Positions 18,294-28,205 of a DNA stretch of 64,000 nucleotides are shown piece by piece. Every line of letters starts with the position of its first letter. Within the stretch, counting starts at the first letter, position 1. The stretch comes from Candidatus Thalassarchaeaceae archaeon (GTDB lineage: Archaea; Thermoplasmatota; Poseidoniia; Poseidoniales; Thalassarchaeaceae): contig JASLKP010000004.1 in the NCBI GenBank assembly GCA_030747485.1, positions 5,244 through 69,243 of the forward strand. Reading direction: 5' to 3'. The position numbers were made by a program, and so were the translations under genes. The notes under the pieces are model-generated. The model was not told where the DNA came from and searched no databases. It saw nothing but the letters and a program-made list of their open reading frames with translations.

Positions 18294-18929
18294 CTATGCA
18301 TGAACCTCAACAACGGCCGTCATGTAGCCATGGTCGTCACCACAGTATTCTGTACAAAGTAGAAGATGAGTTCCTATTTCATCTACACTCGGTTTGTAGT
18401 ACATTTTTGTAATCATACCTGGTAGAGAATCTTCTTTAATTCCCCAATCCACAAAGAATGGTGCATGTGTTACATCTTCGGATGTAAGAATAAATGTGTA
18501 TGATTCTCCTGCTTTCAGGCTAATTTTTGGTTTGGTTTGTCCTTCAACATCAGCATTAGAAATTGAACAAATATCTTCGTCTAATTCTCCACAATCAAAA
18601 CCCCAACTCCATTGAGATGCATGGATGCCGACTTGATGTGCTTCAGGATCTTCTGTCCACACTTCAGATAATGGACCCCACGAAATGTAGGTTAGGTAAA
18701 CAATCAGAATAAATGGTATAATCGTCCAAGTTAATTCCAATCTCAAGTCGTCGTTTTCTTTTGGGAATACTCCAGGGGTGAGTTCGTCAACATTGTTGTC
18801 TGAACCATCTTTTGAGCGGTATTTTAGAGAATGATGCATCTGCCAAATAAAAGTGATAGCGAAGACGAGAATCGACCAAGCTACGAACTCATCGAAGAGG
18901 TTGTTGAAGATGTCGCCGCCAGCCTTCAT
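18294..18929 (-). CDS. coxB: Cytochrome c oxidase subunit II (CuA)
   Basis: CuA ligand pattern DVTHAPF ... CTEYCGDDHGYM. Two N-terminal TM helices. Confidence 0.9.
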   Translation of the reverse strand: MKAGGDIFNNLFDEFVAWSILVFAITFIWQMHHSLKYRSKDGSDNNVDELTPGVFPKENDDLRLELTWTIIPFILIVYLTYISWGPLSEVWTEDPEAHQVGIHASQWSWGFDCGELDEDICSISNADVEGQTKPKISLKAGESYTFILTSEDVTHAPFFVDWGIKEDSLPGMITKMYYKPSVDEIGTHLLLCTEYCGDDHGYMTAVVEVHA

Positions 18930-18961
18930 GGGAGTTCCTCGACCCGCTCGGAGAGAGGACG

Positions 18962-18969
18962 CTATATGA
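18962..18969 (-). promoter_or_regulatory. TATA-like box for the cox operon
   Basis: Minus-strand CATATAG lies about 33-40 nt upstream of the coxB ATG. A GAGG Shine-Dalgarno-like element sits 7 nt before the ATG. Confidence 0.3.
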
Positions 18970-18976
18970 CTGTTAT

Positions 18977-18999
18977 CTGCCCCCCCGTAGGGGGGTCAG
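18977..18999. promoter_or_regulatory. GC hairpin/palindrome with GTA loop in the coxB / DUF167 divergent region
   Basis: CTGcCCCCCC-GTA-GGGGGGtCAG gives 6 G-C pairs, one mismatch and 3 further pairs. It lies immediately upstream of the putative cox TATA box. Confidence 0.35.
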
Positions 19000-19094
19000 C
19001 AAATGCTCCCCTCTCAGGATATTCTGCGTGACCGTACATGTTCGGCTCGCAATCGTCGATGCCATCAAGAATTATCAACACCTCCCCAATTAAC

Positions 19095-19430
19095 ATGGGA
19101 AACTGGCCTGATGGCATTCTACGCAATGATGGAACGGGAGTAATCATTGCTGTTGATGTGCAACCAGCCTCAAAAAGAGCACAAATTGAGAGCATCAATA
19201 TATGGCGGAAACGATTAGAGATTGCAGTAAAAGCAAGGGCCCAGAAAGGTGCTGCAAATGAAGCAGTGTGCAAATTGATTTCTGAGGAACTAGGAGTGCC
19301 ACCCATCAGTGTCACCATAGAGAATGGACAAAAGTCTAGACAAAAATCAGTCAAAATAAATGATATCACAATCGAAGAGGTCGAGCAAATTCTACATCAT
19401 ATTCTAGGGGATCATCATGAGATTAGATAA
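19095..19430 (+). CDS. DUF167 (YggU/UPF0235) family protein
   Basis: GVIIAVDVQPASKRAQIE ... LEIAVKARAQKGAANEAVCKLISEELGVPPISVTIENGQKSRQKSVKI follows the DUF167 pattern (V.P.A....I.....L.V.V.A.P..G.AN..L...L). The ORF extends to 19038, but an internal ATG at 19095 gives the usual length. Confidence 0.6.
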   Translation: MGNWPDGILRNDGTGVIIAVDVQPASKRAQIESINIWRKRLEIAVKARAQKGAANEAVCKLISEELGVPPISVTIENGQKSRQKSVKINDITIEEVEQILHHILGDHHEIR

Positions 19431-19920
19431 ATCATCTAGTGCTACAAACCGTCATTCTCGATATCAATTGGCGGGGAGAGTGTTAGGTGAGGCTAGAATT
19501 CGCAATCGTTGCACATCTGAAGGAGGTAGTAATTGTCCCATCTTAATCGAGGGAAAAAGAGATCGATTAGCATTACAAAAAATGGGTTTCACTGGAGAGA
19601 TAGAACAGGTATACAGGGGATGGGATCAACCTAGATTGGTTGCTTATCTTTTTGAAAAGTATGGTAAAAAAAATTCAGTTGATCAAGGTCCTGCGATTAT
19701 TGTATTGATGGATTGGGATCGTACTGGTGGTCGATTACAACGGAATATTTGTGACCGCTTGGAAGCATTTGGAACAACGATTGATGAAAAAACACGAATG
19801 GAATTAGCTCGCGCGATGAAACCCGAAGGTCGTACGGTTGAATCAATGAAATCACATGCTGACATGTTAAGACCATATATCGATGCAATAGATCCTGATG
19901 GAATTGCTGAAGAATCATGA
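19417..19920 (+). CDS. Toprim-domain protein (small primase-like / RNase M5-like, COG1658 type)
   Basis: Toprim acidic residues are in PILIEGKRDRLAL (E) and IIVLMDWDRTGG (DxD). It overlaps the upstream gene by 14 nt. Confidence 0.6.
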   Translation: MRLDKSSSATNRHSRYQLAGRVLGEARIRNRCTSEGGSNCPILIEGKRDRLALQKMGFTGEIEQVYRGWDQPRLVAYLFEKYGKKNSVDQGPAIIVLMDWDRTGGRLQRNICDRLEAFGTTIDEKTRMELARAMKPEGRTVESMKSHADMLRPYIDAIDPDGIAEES

Positions 19921-19921
19921 A

Positions 19922-22822
19922 TCACTCTAATCGAATAGCGATTCTCAATTTGAGTTCACCACTGAGTTCTTTTTTCATTTGTTCTAGTTGAATTAGTCGT
20001 TTAGCCAAATCGTCTTGAAGCCGTGAAATCATTCCATTCTTCATTCGAATCCAACGAGGATCTGGGAGTTTACCTTCTTCTCGTGCACGCATATCTGCAT
20101 CAAATAATTGAGCCATTTCTCTGGAGATTCGCGCATGCCATGCTTGTTCAGCATTTTCACGGAGTTCATCAATTAACGGCCCTAATCTGCGATTTTCAGC
20201 ATCCAGTAAAGCATCTTGAATTGATTGAAGTAATTCATCGGGTCTTCCTTGAGTTTGCTCTAGGATTGCGTGATCCAGTAGATTCAGGTAATCAGTTCCT
20301 CCATCTTCTAATGGAATTCCTGAGTTGTCAAGATAGAGCCAACGTCGAATGGTCGTACGAGTGAGACTATCAACCGTCCAATCAATACAGACACACCAAT
20401 TTGCATTTGGTGGCGTATTTTGTTGCCGAACTATTTGTAACCTTAGGGCCCCCTCATCTGTAGTATTTTCACAGAGCCAACGCACTAGTGGATGAAATGG
20501 AGTGATGAATATTCGTTGCGGGTCAATACGTGCAATTTCACGATCAAATACAACATGGAACCAATGTGGTCCTGAACGATTCGCCGCCCGATTGATTGCC
20601 AATTTCCATCCAACTGTATCGCCATCAATTTGCATGATGTCATTTGCACGCGATGCAAGAATATCCACTAGTTCATCACCTAGTCTCAACATCCAAACTC
20701 CCTCTTCACGTGTTGGATGAAGTTGCCCAAATTCTCCAAGTCTAAACTCCATCCACCGTTGTAAATCATTGGATTTTATTCCCAGTTGTAGGGATTCCAC
20801 CTCTTTTCGAAGTGATGAAATCCCAGGATCTGGCCCTACCCATTCTCTTTCTTCGACGGAACGTTCTGCGAGCCAAGATTCACGTTTGTCTAACAAAGTG
20901 AGCATACTGGGATCATCATCTTCATCATCCTCTGCAGGAATCATCTTCATGACAATTTGTTGACCCGTAGGGCGATCGAGTTCAGCACGAGCAACCATTC
21001 TCATTGCTTCTCCCAATAGTGGATCTAGCATACCCAATGCATCCTCAAAGATTCGGATTCGATGATACAATCGATGAAGAATTGCAGCATCAATCGTTCC
21101 TTCGACTGCCAGATTCAAAATTTCAATTTCATCTGCCATTTGGCCAAAACGATCTAGGCGTCCAATCCTTTGTTCGATTCGCATTGGATTCCAAGGTAAA
21201 TCGTAATTCACAAGTCTATGACAGTGTTGTTGGTCCAATCCTTCACTACCCACTTCGCTAGATAGCAGGATGTCAATCTCTCCGTTTCGGAATTTTTCAC
21301 GAATCAGGTCCCTTTCATCCATCCTGGTTCTACCCGTAATCATTGCACTACGAAAACCATCAGTTTGTAATCGATGATGAAGGTGTTCAAGAGTGCCATG
21401 GAAGTGACTGAAAAGTAAGACCCCTCCGATGTTGTCATGTTCTAGACTATTCGTTAACCAAACAAGGAATGCATCGTATTTTGAATCAATTTCAGTCAGT
21501 GCTTCAGCCGCTTCGACCAATTCAGAAAGATTTCCCAATCGCCGAAGCATCCGTAATTCAACTTCTTCCAAGTCAATATCTTCCAAAAACTCAGCATCTC
21601 CTGATTCTTCCAACGCTTCCCTCGCTTGTGTTCGCAATTGTCTTAGGACATGCCGTGCAAATGCAGGTAAACAAGATGATGCCATTCTTTCTGGAACAAT
21701 CAATGCCCAATCGAAGACATGACCTTCGGGATGTCTCATCTGAATCAGAGTACGCGCCCATCTCCGTGCGGCTTCGTATAATCTCCATTCTTCAGGACTC
21801 AATGTGATATCCAGTGTGACGGCTTTTCTCTTTGCGAGATGCCAATCAAGATCACGCCTCCTGGTTCGGACAAGTAAATCGTTTAATGGCCGAAGATTAC
21901 GAACAAGATTGGCTAGTTTTTGTCTAGAATCTTCCAAATTTTTTGGAGACCAAGCATCTTCATTCAGAGCAAGTGCAGTCGCTTCAATTAATCGAGGATC
22001 ACCTCTGAACCCAATCGTTTGTTCAAGGGCCCGGAATCGGTCAATTGCACGAGGGAGATTTGGTAGAGTCTGAGAGATGCCGTCCAACACATCATTCAGC
22101 ATTCTAGTTGGACCCATTGTCCGATGGAATTGTTCTATTGTCGGCCATCGTTCTGGCGCTAACAAACTCAGTTGAACCCATAATTCTTCATCTCGTAAAT
22201 TGACAGGTGTGGCGGTCATCAATACACAACGTTGACTACGCATGGCAAGCAATTGTACTGCGTCATGTAATCTGCTCCGAGGGTTTCTGCAATGATGGGC
22301 TTCATCGACAATCGTCAACATCATTTCAGGCATGATCTCGATTAATTTCTCTAATGTGCTTGATCGACGCAGCACTCCATGGCTGACGATAATAACGCGT
22401 GGTTCACCTTCAGCCATTCTTTCAATCATTGAAATGAGTCGTCTCCCACTATCTGCAACAATTGCATCGATATCTCCTCGATGATGCAATTCTTGTCGCC
22501 ATTTTGAGCGAAGTGCACCTGGACACGCTACAATCACGCCACCAGATTCTCCGATGGCATGTAATCTTCTCAATATTCGAATTGCAGAAATTGTTTTCCC
22601 AAGCCCAACTTCATCAGCAATCAGTAACCCTCTCCAAGGTGATGCAGCCAATCTCGCTGCAGGTAGATGTTGATGTGGTTGGTCCTCCCATCGTCCAAAA
22701 TGATGCAAGGGGGCGCTATCTGTGGTTGGTATACGAAGATTCAGATCCATCCACCGAAGTGTAGAGTCGATTGAATGACTTGCCTTCGGGCCGCTATCAT
22801 CATTGCTACCGGAGACGACCAT
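19922..22822 (-). CDS. SNF2/SWI2-family helicase-like ATPase with long C-terminal extension
   Basis: Motif I ADEVGLGKTISAI, motif II DEAHHCRN, and motifs V-VI LSSEVGSEGLDQQHCHRLVNYDLPWNPMRIEQRIGRLDRFGQ. Confidence 0.88.
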   Translation of the reverse strand: MVVSGSNDDSGPKASHSIDSTLRWMDLNLRIPTTDSAPLHHFGRWEDQPHQHLPAARLAASPWRGLLIADEVGLGKTISAIRILRRLHAIGESGGVIVACPGALRSKWRQELHHRGDIDAIVADSGRRLISMIERMAEGEPRVIIVSHGVLRRSSTLEKLIEIMPEMMLTIVDEAHHCRNPRSRLHDAVQLLAMRSQRCVLMTATPVNLRDEELWVQLSLLAPERWPTIEQFHRTMGPTRMLNDVLDGISQTLPNLPRAIDRFRALEQTIGFRGDPRLIEATALALNEDAWSPKNLEDSRQKLANLVRNLRPLNDLLVRTRRRDLDWHLAKRKAVTLDITLSPEEWRLYEAARRWARTLIQMRHPEGHVFDWALIVPERMASSCLPAFARHVLRQLRTQAREALEESGDAEFLEDIDLEEVELRMLRRLGNLSELVEAAEALTEIDSKYDAFLVWLTNSLEHDNIGGVLLFSHFHGTLEHLHHRLQTDGFRSAMITGRTRMDERDLIREKFRNGEIDILLSSEVGSEGLDQQHCHRLVNYDLPWNPMRIEQRIGRLDRFGQMADEIEILNLAVEGTIDAAILHRLYHRIRIFEDALGMLDPLLGEAMRMVARAELDRPTGQQIVMKMIPAEDDEDDDPSMLTLLDKRESWLAERSVEEREWVGPDPGISSLRKEVESLQLGIKSNDLQRWMEFRLGEFGQLHPTREEGVWMLRLGDELVDILASRANDIMQIDGDTVGWKLAINRAANRSGPHWFHVVFDREIARIDPQRIFITPFHPLVRWLCENTTDEGALRLQIVRQQNTPPNANWCVCIDWTVDSLTRTTIRRWLYLDNSGIPLEDGGTDYLNLLDHAILEQTQGRPDELLQSIQDALLDAENRRLGPLIDELRENAEQAWHARISREMAQLFDADMRAREEGKLPDPRWIRMKNGMISRLQDDLAKRLIQLEQMKKELSGELKLRIAIRLE

Positions 22823-22877
22823 GCAAGCGAACGGCCGAGTGAGCGTACTTGAACACTCGGATGGGCATGCCCATTTC

Positions 22878-23321
22878 TCAGGGTAATCGAACCCCTTCTT
22901 GTTTGACCGTATTCAGAACAACATGAGTGACAGTTCGTAGGATTCCATCACTAGAGAGCACCGTCTTAGACAAGTCGTCAAGATGTGCGCGGTCGCGCAC
23001 GCGCGCGAGGACCATTGAATCAAATTCACCTGTAACATCGTAAATTCCGAAGACTCTGGAGTCCTCTGCAATTCGACGTTGAACCTCCATAAGGCGACCT
23101 TTTTCTATTCTCAATCCACAAAGAACTGTCATATTCCAACCAATCTTTTCAGCATCTAATAGCACTTCGTATCCGTTAATAATTCCAAGTTCTTCCATTC
23201 TTTTGACACGATTTGAGACCGTCCCCAAAGCAACACCAACTTGTTCAGCAATTGAACGCATTGAAGTGCGAGCATCATTTACGAGTACAGTGAGAATTCG
23301 CCGATCTGTATCATCAATCAT
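22878..23321 (-). CDS. lrp: Lrp/AsnC-family transcriptional regulator
   Basis: MIDDTDRRILTVLVNDARTSMRSIAEQVGVALGTVSNRVKRMEELGII (HTH) followed by a RAM-like domain. The ORF extends to 23372, but the internal Met gives the canonical length. Confidence 0.88.
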   Translation of the reverse strand: MIDDTDRRILTVLVNDARTSMRSIAEQVGVALGTVSNRVKRMEELGIINGYEVLLDAEKIGWNMTVLCGLRIEKGRLMEVQRRIAEDSRVFGIYDVTGEFDSMVLARVRDRAHLDDLSKTVLSSDGILRTVTHVVLNTVKQEGVRLP

Positions 23322-23390
23322 GTTTAATGGCGATATGATGGCAGACTTTGAACATATGTTGACATTAATCACAAATCACTGGTCGAATGT

Positions 23391-24503
23391 TCAACCAACT
23401 TGTTGCTTACGTAGGACTAAGTCTAACACCCATCCACCCATCTTTTCGACTTCAACACTCCATTCTGTGTGGATTACATTCGTATCAGGTTCATCATGGC
23501 CTCTCTCTGGTTTAACTCGAAGTTGAAACGTTTTTTCAGTATCAGAAGGAATCTCAATTGACTGGATTGCTCTAGCCAGCCGCCAAGGTGAATTAACACG
23601 TACTTCACGTAATGTGATGGCACTTCCTCCTGTTCGAATAATTGCGATCGGTAATCCATTTCCATCAGTTTTTCCAGTTAATCTTGGAAGCATGTATTCG
23701 CGCTTCCATTCTGCTCTAGATATTGAACCCAAACAGAGCAGTAAAATTCCCAATCCAATTAGTATTGCAGCCTTGGCACCGGTATTTTCTGGTCCAGATT
23801 CGGACATTGGGACATCCGTCATTAGCAATGCAAAGTTTTCTTCTGTATCGTAATCGGATAGCAATACGACAAATCTCATTCTATGGTATTCTTGAATATC
23901 CGTAGGTAGTCCGTGTTCAACCAAATCAGTGAGTGGGAATGTCTCGACATGTGTTGTATTTCCATCTGCGGTGTGATTGACTGCAATAGACATACGATAC
24001 AGTCTAACAACCGCATTTTGATTCGGCGTTCTTCCTTCAATTTCCAGTTCATCTTCAATTATTATCATTCTGAGAATTAAGTTCTCAGACACACTTTCAC
24101 GTATATGAATATCAATTGTAGCATTGAGTGACATTTCATCTCCATTATGTCCCCATTCAAGTTGAATTTCTAAATCTGCTTTGGCAGTTTCATTTTCATG
24201 AATAATGGTCCCAGTACCATTGATTGAAAGATCAGATGCACGATAGGAAGATGCAGGAATCCCCAATCCGCTAGTATCGTTCTCATTCCAAGCATACCAT
24301 CCCAATCTAATCTCATGATCTAGGGGGATTGGAACTTGATCAATATCAGTAAAATGTTCAAAAAAACGTGGGATTTCATCATTTGAATTCGCCTTGATAA
24401 TATCTGTGTTTGTAGAGAGTGAACCCAAACCCCAACCTGCAATAGACAACAGAAGAAACGTGACAAGGATTGGTGCCCAAGAACCCGCTTTGTCCCCGTC
24501 CAT
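23391..24503 (-). CDS. Bitopic membrane protein, function unknown
   Basis: N-terminal TM WAPILVTFLLLSIAGWGLG, a ~220-aa ectodomain with several NxS/T sequons, a second TM AAILIGLGILLLCLGSI, and a ~110-aa cytoplasmic domain. Confidence 0.6.
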   Translation of the reverse strand: MDGDKAGSWAPILVTFLLLSIAGWGLGSLSTNTDIIKANSNDEIPRFFEHFTDIDQVPIPLDHEIRLGWYAWNENDTSGLGIPASSYRASDLSINGTGTIIHENETAKADLEIQLEWGHNGDEMSLNATIDIHIRESVSENLILRMIIIEDELEIEGRTPNQNAVVRLYRMSIAVNHTADGNTTHVETFPLTDLVEHGLPTDIQEYHRMRFVVLLSDYDTEENFALLMTDVPMSESGPENTGAKAAILIGLGILLLCLGSISRAEWKREYMLPRLTGKTDGNGLPIAIIRTGGSAITLREVRVNSPWRLARAIQSIEIPSDTEKTFQLRVKPERGHDEPDTNVIHTEWSVEVEKMGGWVLDLVLRKQQVG

Positions 24504-24540
24504 GTCTATGGCAATGGCTGATGGCGCATGAATGTCGTGA

Positions 24541-26112
24541 CTACAGGCCCAGTTTCCATTGAAGGATATATTTCTCTTGTTCTAGCATCATCAAACTAAG
24601 TTTCCCGGCAATCCAAGCAGGAATTAATTCCCCTTTGAATTTCAGTAGAATACCTCCATCGCGCACATGTTGAAATGCCTCGCTCAATGTTGAACGCCCT
24701 GGTTGTTCACCAGCTAACAATTGTTTGACAATCTCTTCCGTTACTTCGATTCGGTGGTTGTTCACAAGGTGTGCAAGGCTTGGAAGTCCCGTCGAAATCA
24801 ATCGATTGTGCCCCTTTCTTAATTTCCAAACGGGTTGTCCAGCTTGCAACACTCGGATTGGTTGCCAATGCTCTCCGGGGTAGATTCGATTGTTCCCAGT
24901 CAATCTTGGTGCCGACCACATCCATTCGCGAATATCATCGTTGCTGATGTGAGCATAGTGTCCTCTCCGCCACATCGTCAATCCCTCTGCATTCATCCCC
25001 CATTCTTCCAACAGTGAAATGTCCTCTTCCTCTGCTATTCTCAGGTCTCTTTTTTGCAGTGGTTTTGGTACGATTGGTTCAGGTATTTTCCCGTCATCAC
25101 GAGGGTGTGGGCGAGTTCCTCGTGCAGAATCATGTTCCATTTCTGTCTGTGTAAACACAGCAATGAAGAAGCCTGAACCACCATTTTCATCACTCCACAC
25201 ACGTATACATGATTGAGTATCATCCGTCATACCTTCACGAGTCTTCAAGCCGGGAAACACTTCTTTAGTATTGATTTGAACTAGAGATAACCAAGGAAAT
25301 CGTTCTAGTACCTTTTCTACAACTTCTTCATTCTCTTGAGGATCTATGGAACACGTTGAGTATACCATTCGTCCACCTGGACGCAATAACAAGGCCCCAC
25401 GTGAAAGAATTGCAGTTTGCAATCTCGACATATGCTCTCCATTCTGTGGTTTCCATCTAGACCAAACATCAGGATTTTTTCGAGTGGTACCTGTACCGGT
25501 ACATGGTGCATCAACCAACACTCGATCAAAGCCAGGTTCAGCTACTCTTGGAAAATTTCGTCCATCTTCTCTAACAATAACCATGCTTAGATGTCCACTC
25601 CGTTTTGAGTTTGAGACCAGGTTGTTCGCACGACCTGGATTGGGTTCATTGGCAACAACCAATCCTTGTCCATTCAGTAATTCTGCGATTTGGGTCGCCT
25701 TAGATCCCGGTGCGGCACACATGTCTAGAACACGCTGTCCTGGTTTGACATCCAGTGCTTGCACGGGCATCATTGAAGCTGCTTCTTGACGGGTAATTCG
25801 TCCAGTGTCATGTAAATTCTTGATGTGATTTTGAAATTCCAAGGACGCCGCCACCCGACCTCGTTCCCAAGGTAGTTGGAACGCCCCGCCTTGACCCGTA
25901 TACCATCTAATGCGGGTTCCACCCATCCCTTTGATTTGTTCAACGGTCCAATCTACATCAGATCGACAAGGATTGATTCGAATGGTTTCTGGTAATCTTG
26001 GAACTGCAGAATCCAACCATACATCCAGTTCGCTTGGTCGTAATTTCTCAACGAGCCTAGCCAACTCACTAGCAGCAGCATGGGCACGCCAATCTGAGAT
26101 GAGTTCGCCCAT
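24541..26112 (-). CDS. NOL1/NOP2/Sun-family RNA cytosine-C5 methyltransferase (RsmB/RsmF-like)
   Basis: SAM motif VLDMCAAPGSKATQIA and catalytic cysteines in VDAPCTGTGTTRKNPD and VYSTCS. There is a C-terminal extension as in RsmF-type enzymes. Confidence 0.85.
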   Translation of the reverse strand: MGELISDWRAHAAASELARLVEKLRPSELDVWLDSAVPRLPETIRINPCRSDVDWTVEQIKGMGGTRIRWYTGQGGAFQLPWERGRVAASLEFQNHIKNLHDTGRITRQEAASMMPVQALDVKPGQRVLDMCAAPGSKATQIAELLNGQGLVVANEPNPGRANNLVSNSKRSGHLSMVIVREDGRNFPRVAEPGFDRVLVDAPCTGTGTTRKNPDVWSRWKPQNGEHMSRLQTAILSRGALLLRPGGRMVYSTCSIDPQENEEVVEKVLERFPWLSLVQINTKEVFPGLKTREGMTDDTQSCIRVWSDENGGSGFFIAVFTQTEMEHDSARGTRPHPRDDGKIPEPIVPKPLQKRDLRIAEEEDISLLEEWGMNAEGLTMWRRGHYAHISNDDIREWMWSAPRLTGNNRIYPGEHWQPIRVLQAGQPVWKLRKGHNRLISTGLPSLAHLVNNHRIEVTEEIVKQLLAGEQPGRSTLSEAFQHVRDGGILLKFKGELIPAWIAGKLSLMMLEQEKYILQWKLGL

Positions 26113-26193
26113 AGTATCACCCCGGTATGCAACCCAATTTCAGCGCATCGGCTACGCCCAACCTTGAACGGCCGTGCCTTGTAAGGACCCAAT

Positions 26194-27444
26194 ATGGCGA
26201 TTGGTGGAGGCGATGTGGTAAGTCCTTCGGCTGCAATCTTAACCGTGGCATTACTATTCATCCCACCCCTTCTAGCATGTCGCCCTTGGTTGCCACCTCA
26301 AATCAAGAAGTATACTCATCTAGCACCGTTATTCTTAATCTCGGCAACCATGATATTCCGTATTCGCGCAATGTGGAATGCAGATGGAAGGGATGCACAG
26401 GTTGTTGGTTGGCTTCCAAAAGGTATTGACGGAATGTCAGCGTTACCACATATTTTCGATGGCCCTGCAGGTCTCATGTTGGGTTTATTATTCGGATTTT
26501 CAATTGGATTGGCACTTCATCAATCAGAGTTGAACCAGAATCGTTTACATCGTTGGGCTGCAATTTGTTGGGTCGTATTTCTTGGTTGGGGAACGCCATC
26601 TGATGGTTTTGCTCAAAGTACAATCCCTGCTACCTTGTCCACACTAGGTGCGGAGCATGGATGGGAAAATTTTGCAATTCCATTATTGGGTCTTGGATTA
26701 TCATTCATTGTATTGCCAACCTTGTGTCAGCTGGAAATTCAAGGTCCTGACAATGTAACATCAATTCAATTTACAGCTGCAATTTGCCTTTGTCTTTTGT
26801 TACTAGATTTGAGTCATGAATTAGCGCTTACAGCAATTATCATTCTATTAATCGGGGCAATCGGACATCTACGCGTATCATTGTGGGTACATGATTTACG
26901 AGGCCAAGCAATGCATTACCGATGGGCAGGCCTCCTTCTCGTATTTTTTTACAGTGCAGTATTCATCATCTTTGGTATGGCGTGGTTGGCTCAATCTGAA
27001 CCATGGATTTCCGACATTGAAACTGCACTTTGGTCCTCCCGATTAACAGTAGGTTGGATACTTCTGTGTGGCCTAATTGGTGCACTAACACCAATACTTG
27101 GATGGGATGCACGTCCACGACCTGAGGCATGGGGATTCCTCGTTGGCTTACTGATTTCAGCCTCAATATTGCCTCGATTAGAACTCATAGAGTATGCATT
27201 ATTCCCCATTTTCATCCTTTGTCTAACAATCCCAATCATGGCACCTCTAGTCGAATACAGAATGGAACACTCAATACCTCAACGAATGTTAGAATTAACA
27301 TTGATTATCTGTGTCCAATTTGGTAGCCTGGTATTACTTTCAGTGTATGAGTTCCCACTTTCCTTGATCTGCTTGTTTACACTGTCACCTGTAATCTGGC
27401 TTCATCATGTTTCCATCTCATCCTCTTTAGAGGAGGAAGAATGA
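26194..27444 (+). CDS. Polytopic membrane protein, function unknown, ending in LEEEE
   Basis: About 10-12 hydrophobic helices and no recognised motif. The C-terminus is HHVSISSSLEEEE. Confidence 0.6.
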   Translation: MAIGGGDVVSPSAAILTVALLFIPPLLACRPWLPPQIKKYTHLAPLFLISATMIFRIRAMWNADGRDAQVVGWLPKGIDGMSALPHIFDGPAGLMLGLLFGFSIGLALHQSELNQNRLHRWAAICWVVFLGWGTPSDGFAQSTIPATLSTLGAEHGWENFAIPLLGLGLSFIVLPTLCQLEIQGPDNVTSIQFTAAICLCLLLLDLSHELALTAIIILLIGAIGHLRVSLWVHDLRGQAMHYRWAGLLLVFFYSAVFIIFGMAWLAQSEPWISDIETALWSSRLTVGWILLCGLIGALTPILGWDARPRPEAWGFLVGLLISASILPRLELIEYALFPIFILCLTIPIMAPLVEYRMEHSIPQRMLELTLIICVQFGSLVLLSVYEFPLSLICLFTLSPVIWLHHVSISSSLEEEE

Positions 27445-27565
27445 ATCGGCAATTTCTTGAAGGTATCAAAACAGTATTTACTGATTGCATTTTATCCCTA
27501 ACGGTTATACCTGCAATAGTGTCGATGATGAATTCGTAGCCCTTGGGTTACAGGATGGGATAGAC

Positions 27566-27928
27566 ATGACAAATCAGCGGAAGCCGGCACGACGGTATGC
27601 ACAGAATACAGAAATGAAGCGAACAAATGCAGTTGAAACTGCAGCCAAATTGACACAACTGACTGAACGTGCTCGACGTGTTGGCGCAGCACAAGGCCCC
27701 TTGGCTCCTGTTGAGGCTCTCATGACCATCGAATCAGATGCTTGGATTTGGCAGACTGTTGATCGTGATGTCCTCGATATGCTCAGTCATCGTTTGGTTC
27801 TTCAGACAGAGGATGGGCGTCGCCGTGAATTGTTCATGACGAAGGATTTGGACTCAGCGATGGATGCTGCGAGTAGAATTGTAGAGTTCAACAATGGTGT
27901 CGTTCTCATCGAGACATTAGACCCCTGA
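27566..27928 (+). CDS. Hypothetical small soluble protein
   Basis: Clean ORF with a basic N-terminus MTNQRKPARRYAQ. The first ATG is at 27566; the ORF track begins at TTG 27485. Confidence 0.4.
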   Translation: MTNQRKPARRYAQNTEMKRTNAVETAAKLTQLTERARRVGAAQGPLAPVEALMTIESDAWIWQTVDRDVLDMLSHRLVLQTEDGRRRELFMTKDLDSAMDAASRIVEFNNGVVLIETLDP

Positions 27929-27971
27929 ATGGGCTTGAAGAGGTATTTTGCCTACTTCGGCGTCTTGAAAT

Positions 27972-28205
27972 ATGAAAGGTGGGTCGGCGAGACGCATGGC
28001 AGTCAAGAAGTCGAAGAAGGGTGGCCCCAACATTCAACAGGCCGCAGGTCTGATTCGCTACTTCGATGAAGAGAGTGAGGACGCCATCCAAATTTCCAAG
28101 GGGACTATCTATTTCGCTTGTATTCTAGTCTCAACAGTACTTTATTTGTTGAATCACAATGTTTTGCAATGGGCTTGGGCTCAATTGACTGGTTGGTCGT
28201 CTTGA
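27972..28205 (+). CDS. secG: Preprotein translocase subunit Sec61-beta (archaeal SecG)
   Basis: Basic N-terminus, conserved AAGLIRYFDEE, then a single C-terminal TM YFACILVSTVLYLL. The size is typical. Confidence 0.8.
   Translation: MKGGSARRMAVKKSKKGGPNIQQAAGLIRYFDEESEDAIQISKGTIYFACILVSTVLYLLNHNVLQWAWAQLTGWSS

Noticed and set aside
20963-20971. A third copy of CCCGTAGGG inside the SNF2 gene.
   Set aside because: It lacks the extended stem of the two intergenic copies and lies in coding sequence. It is treated as chance unless genome-wide statistics say otherwise.
22988-23010. The GC-rich 11-mer CGCGCGCGAGG occurs three times (about 22999-23010, 32273-32283, 63840-63850). Two copies lie at 5' ends of membrane-protein genes and are preceded by TGCGCTCG.
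   Set aside because: Every copy lies inside a reading frame encoding Ala-Arg runs (GCG/CGC codons), in different frames and on different strands. Another (CG)n run at about 10944 is also an Ala-Arg coding stretch. Codon-driven coincidence is more likely than a regulatory or Z-DNA element. A genome-wide count could revisit this.
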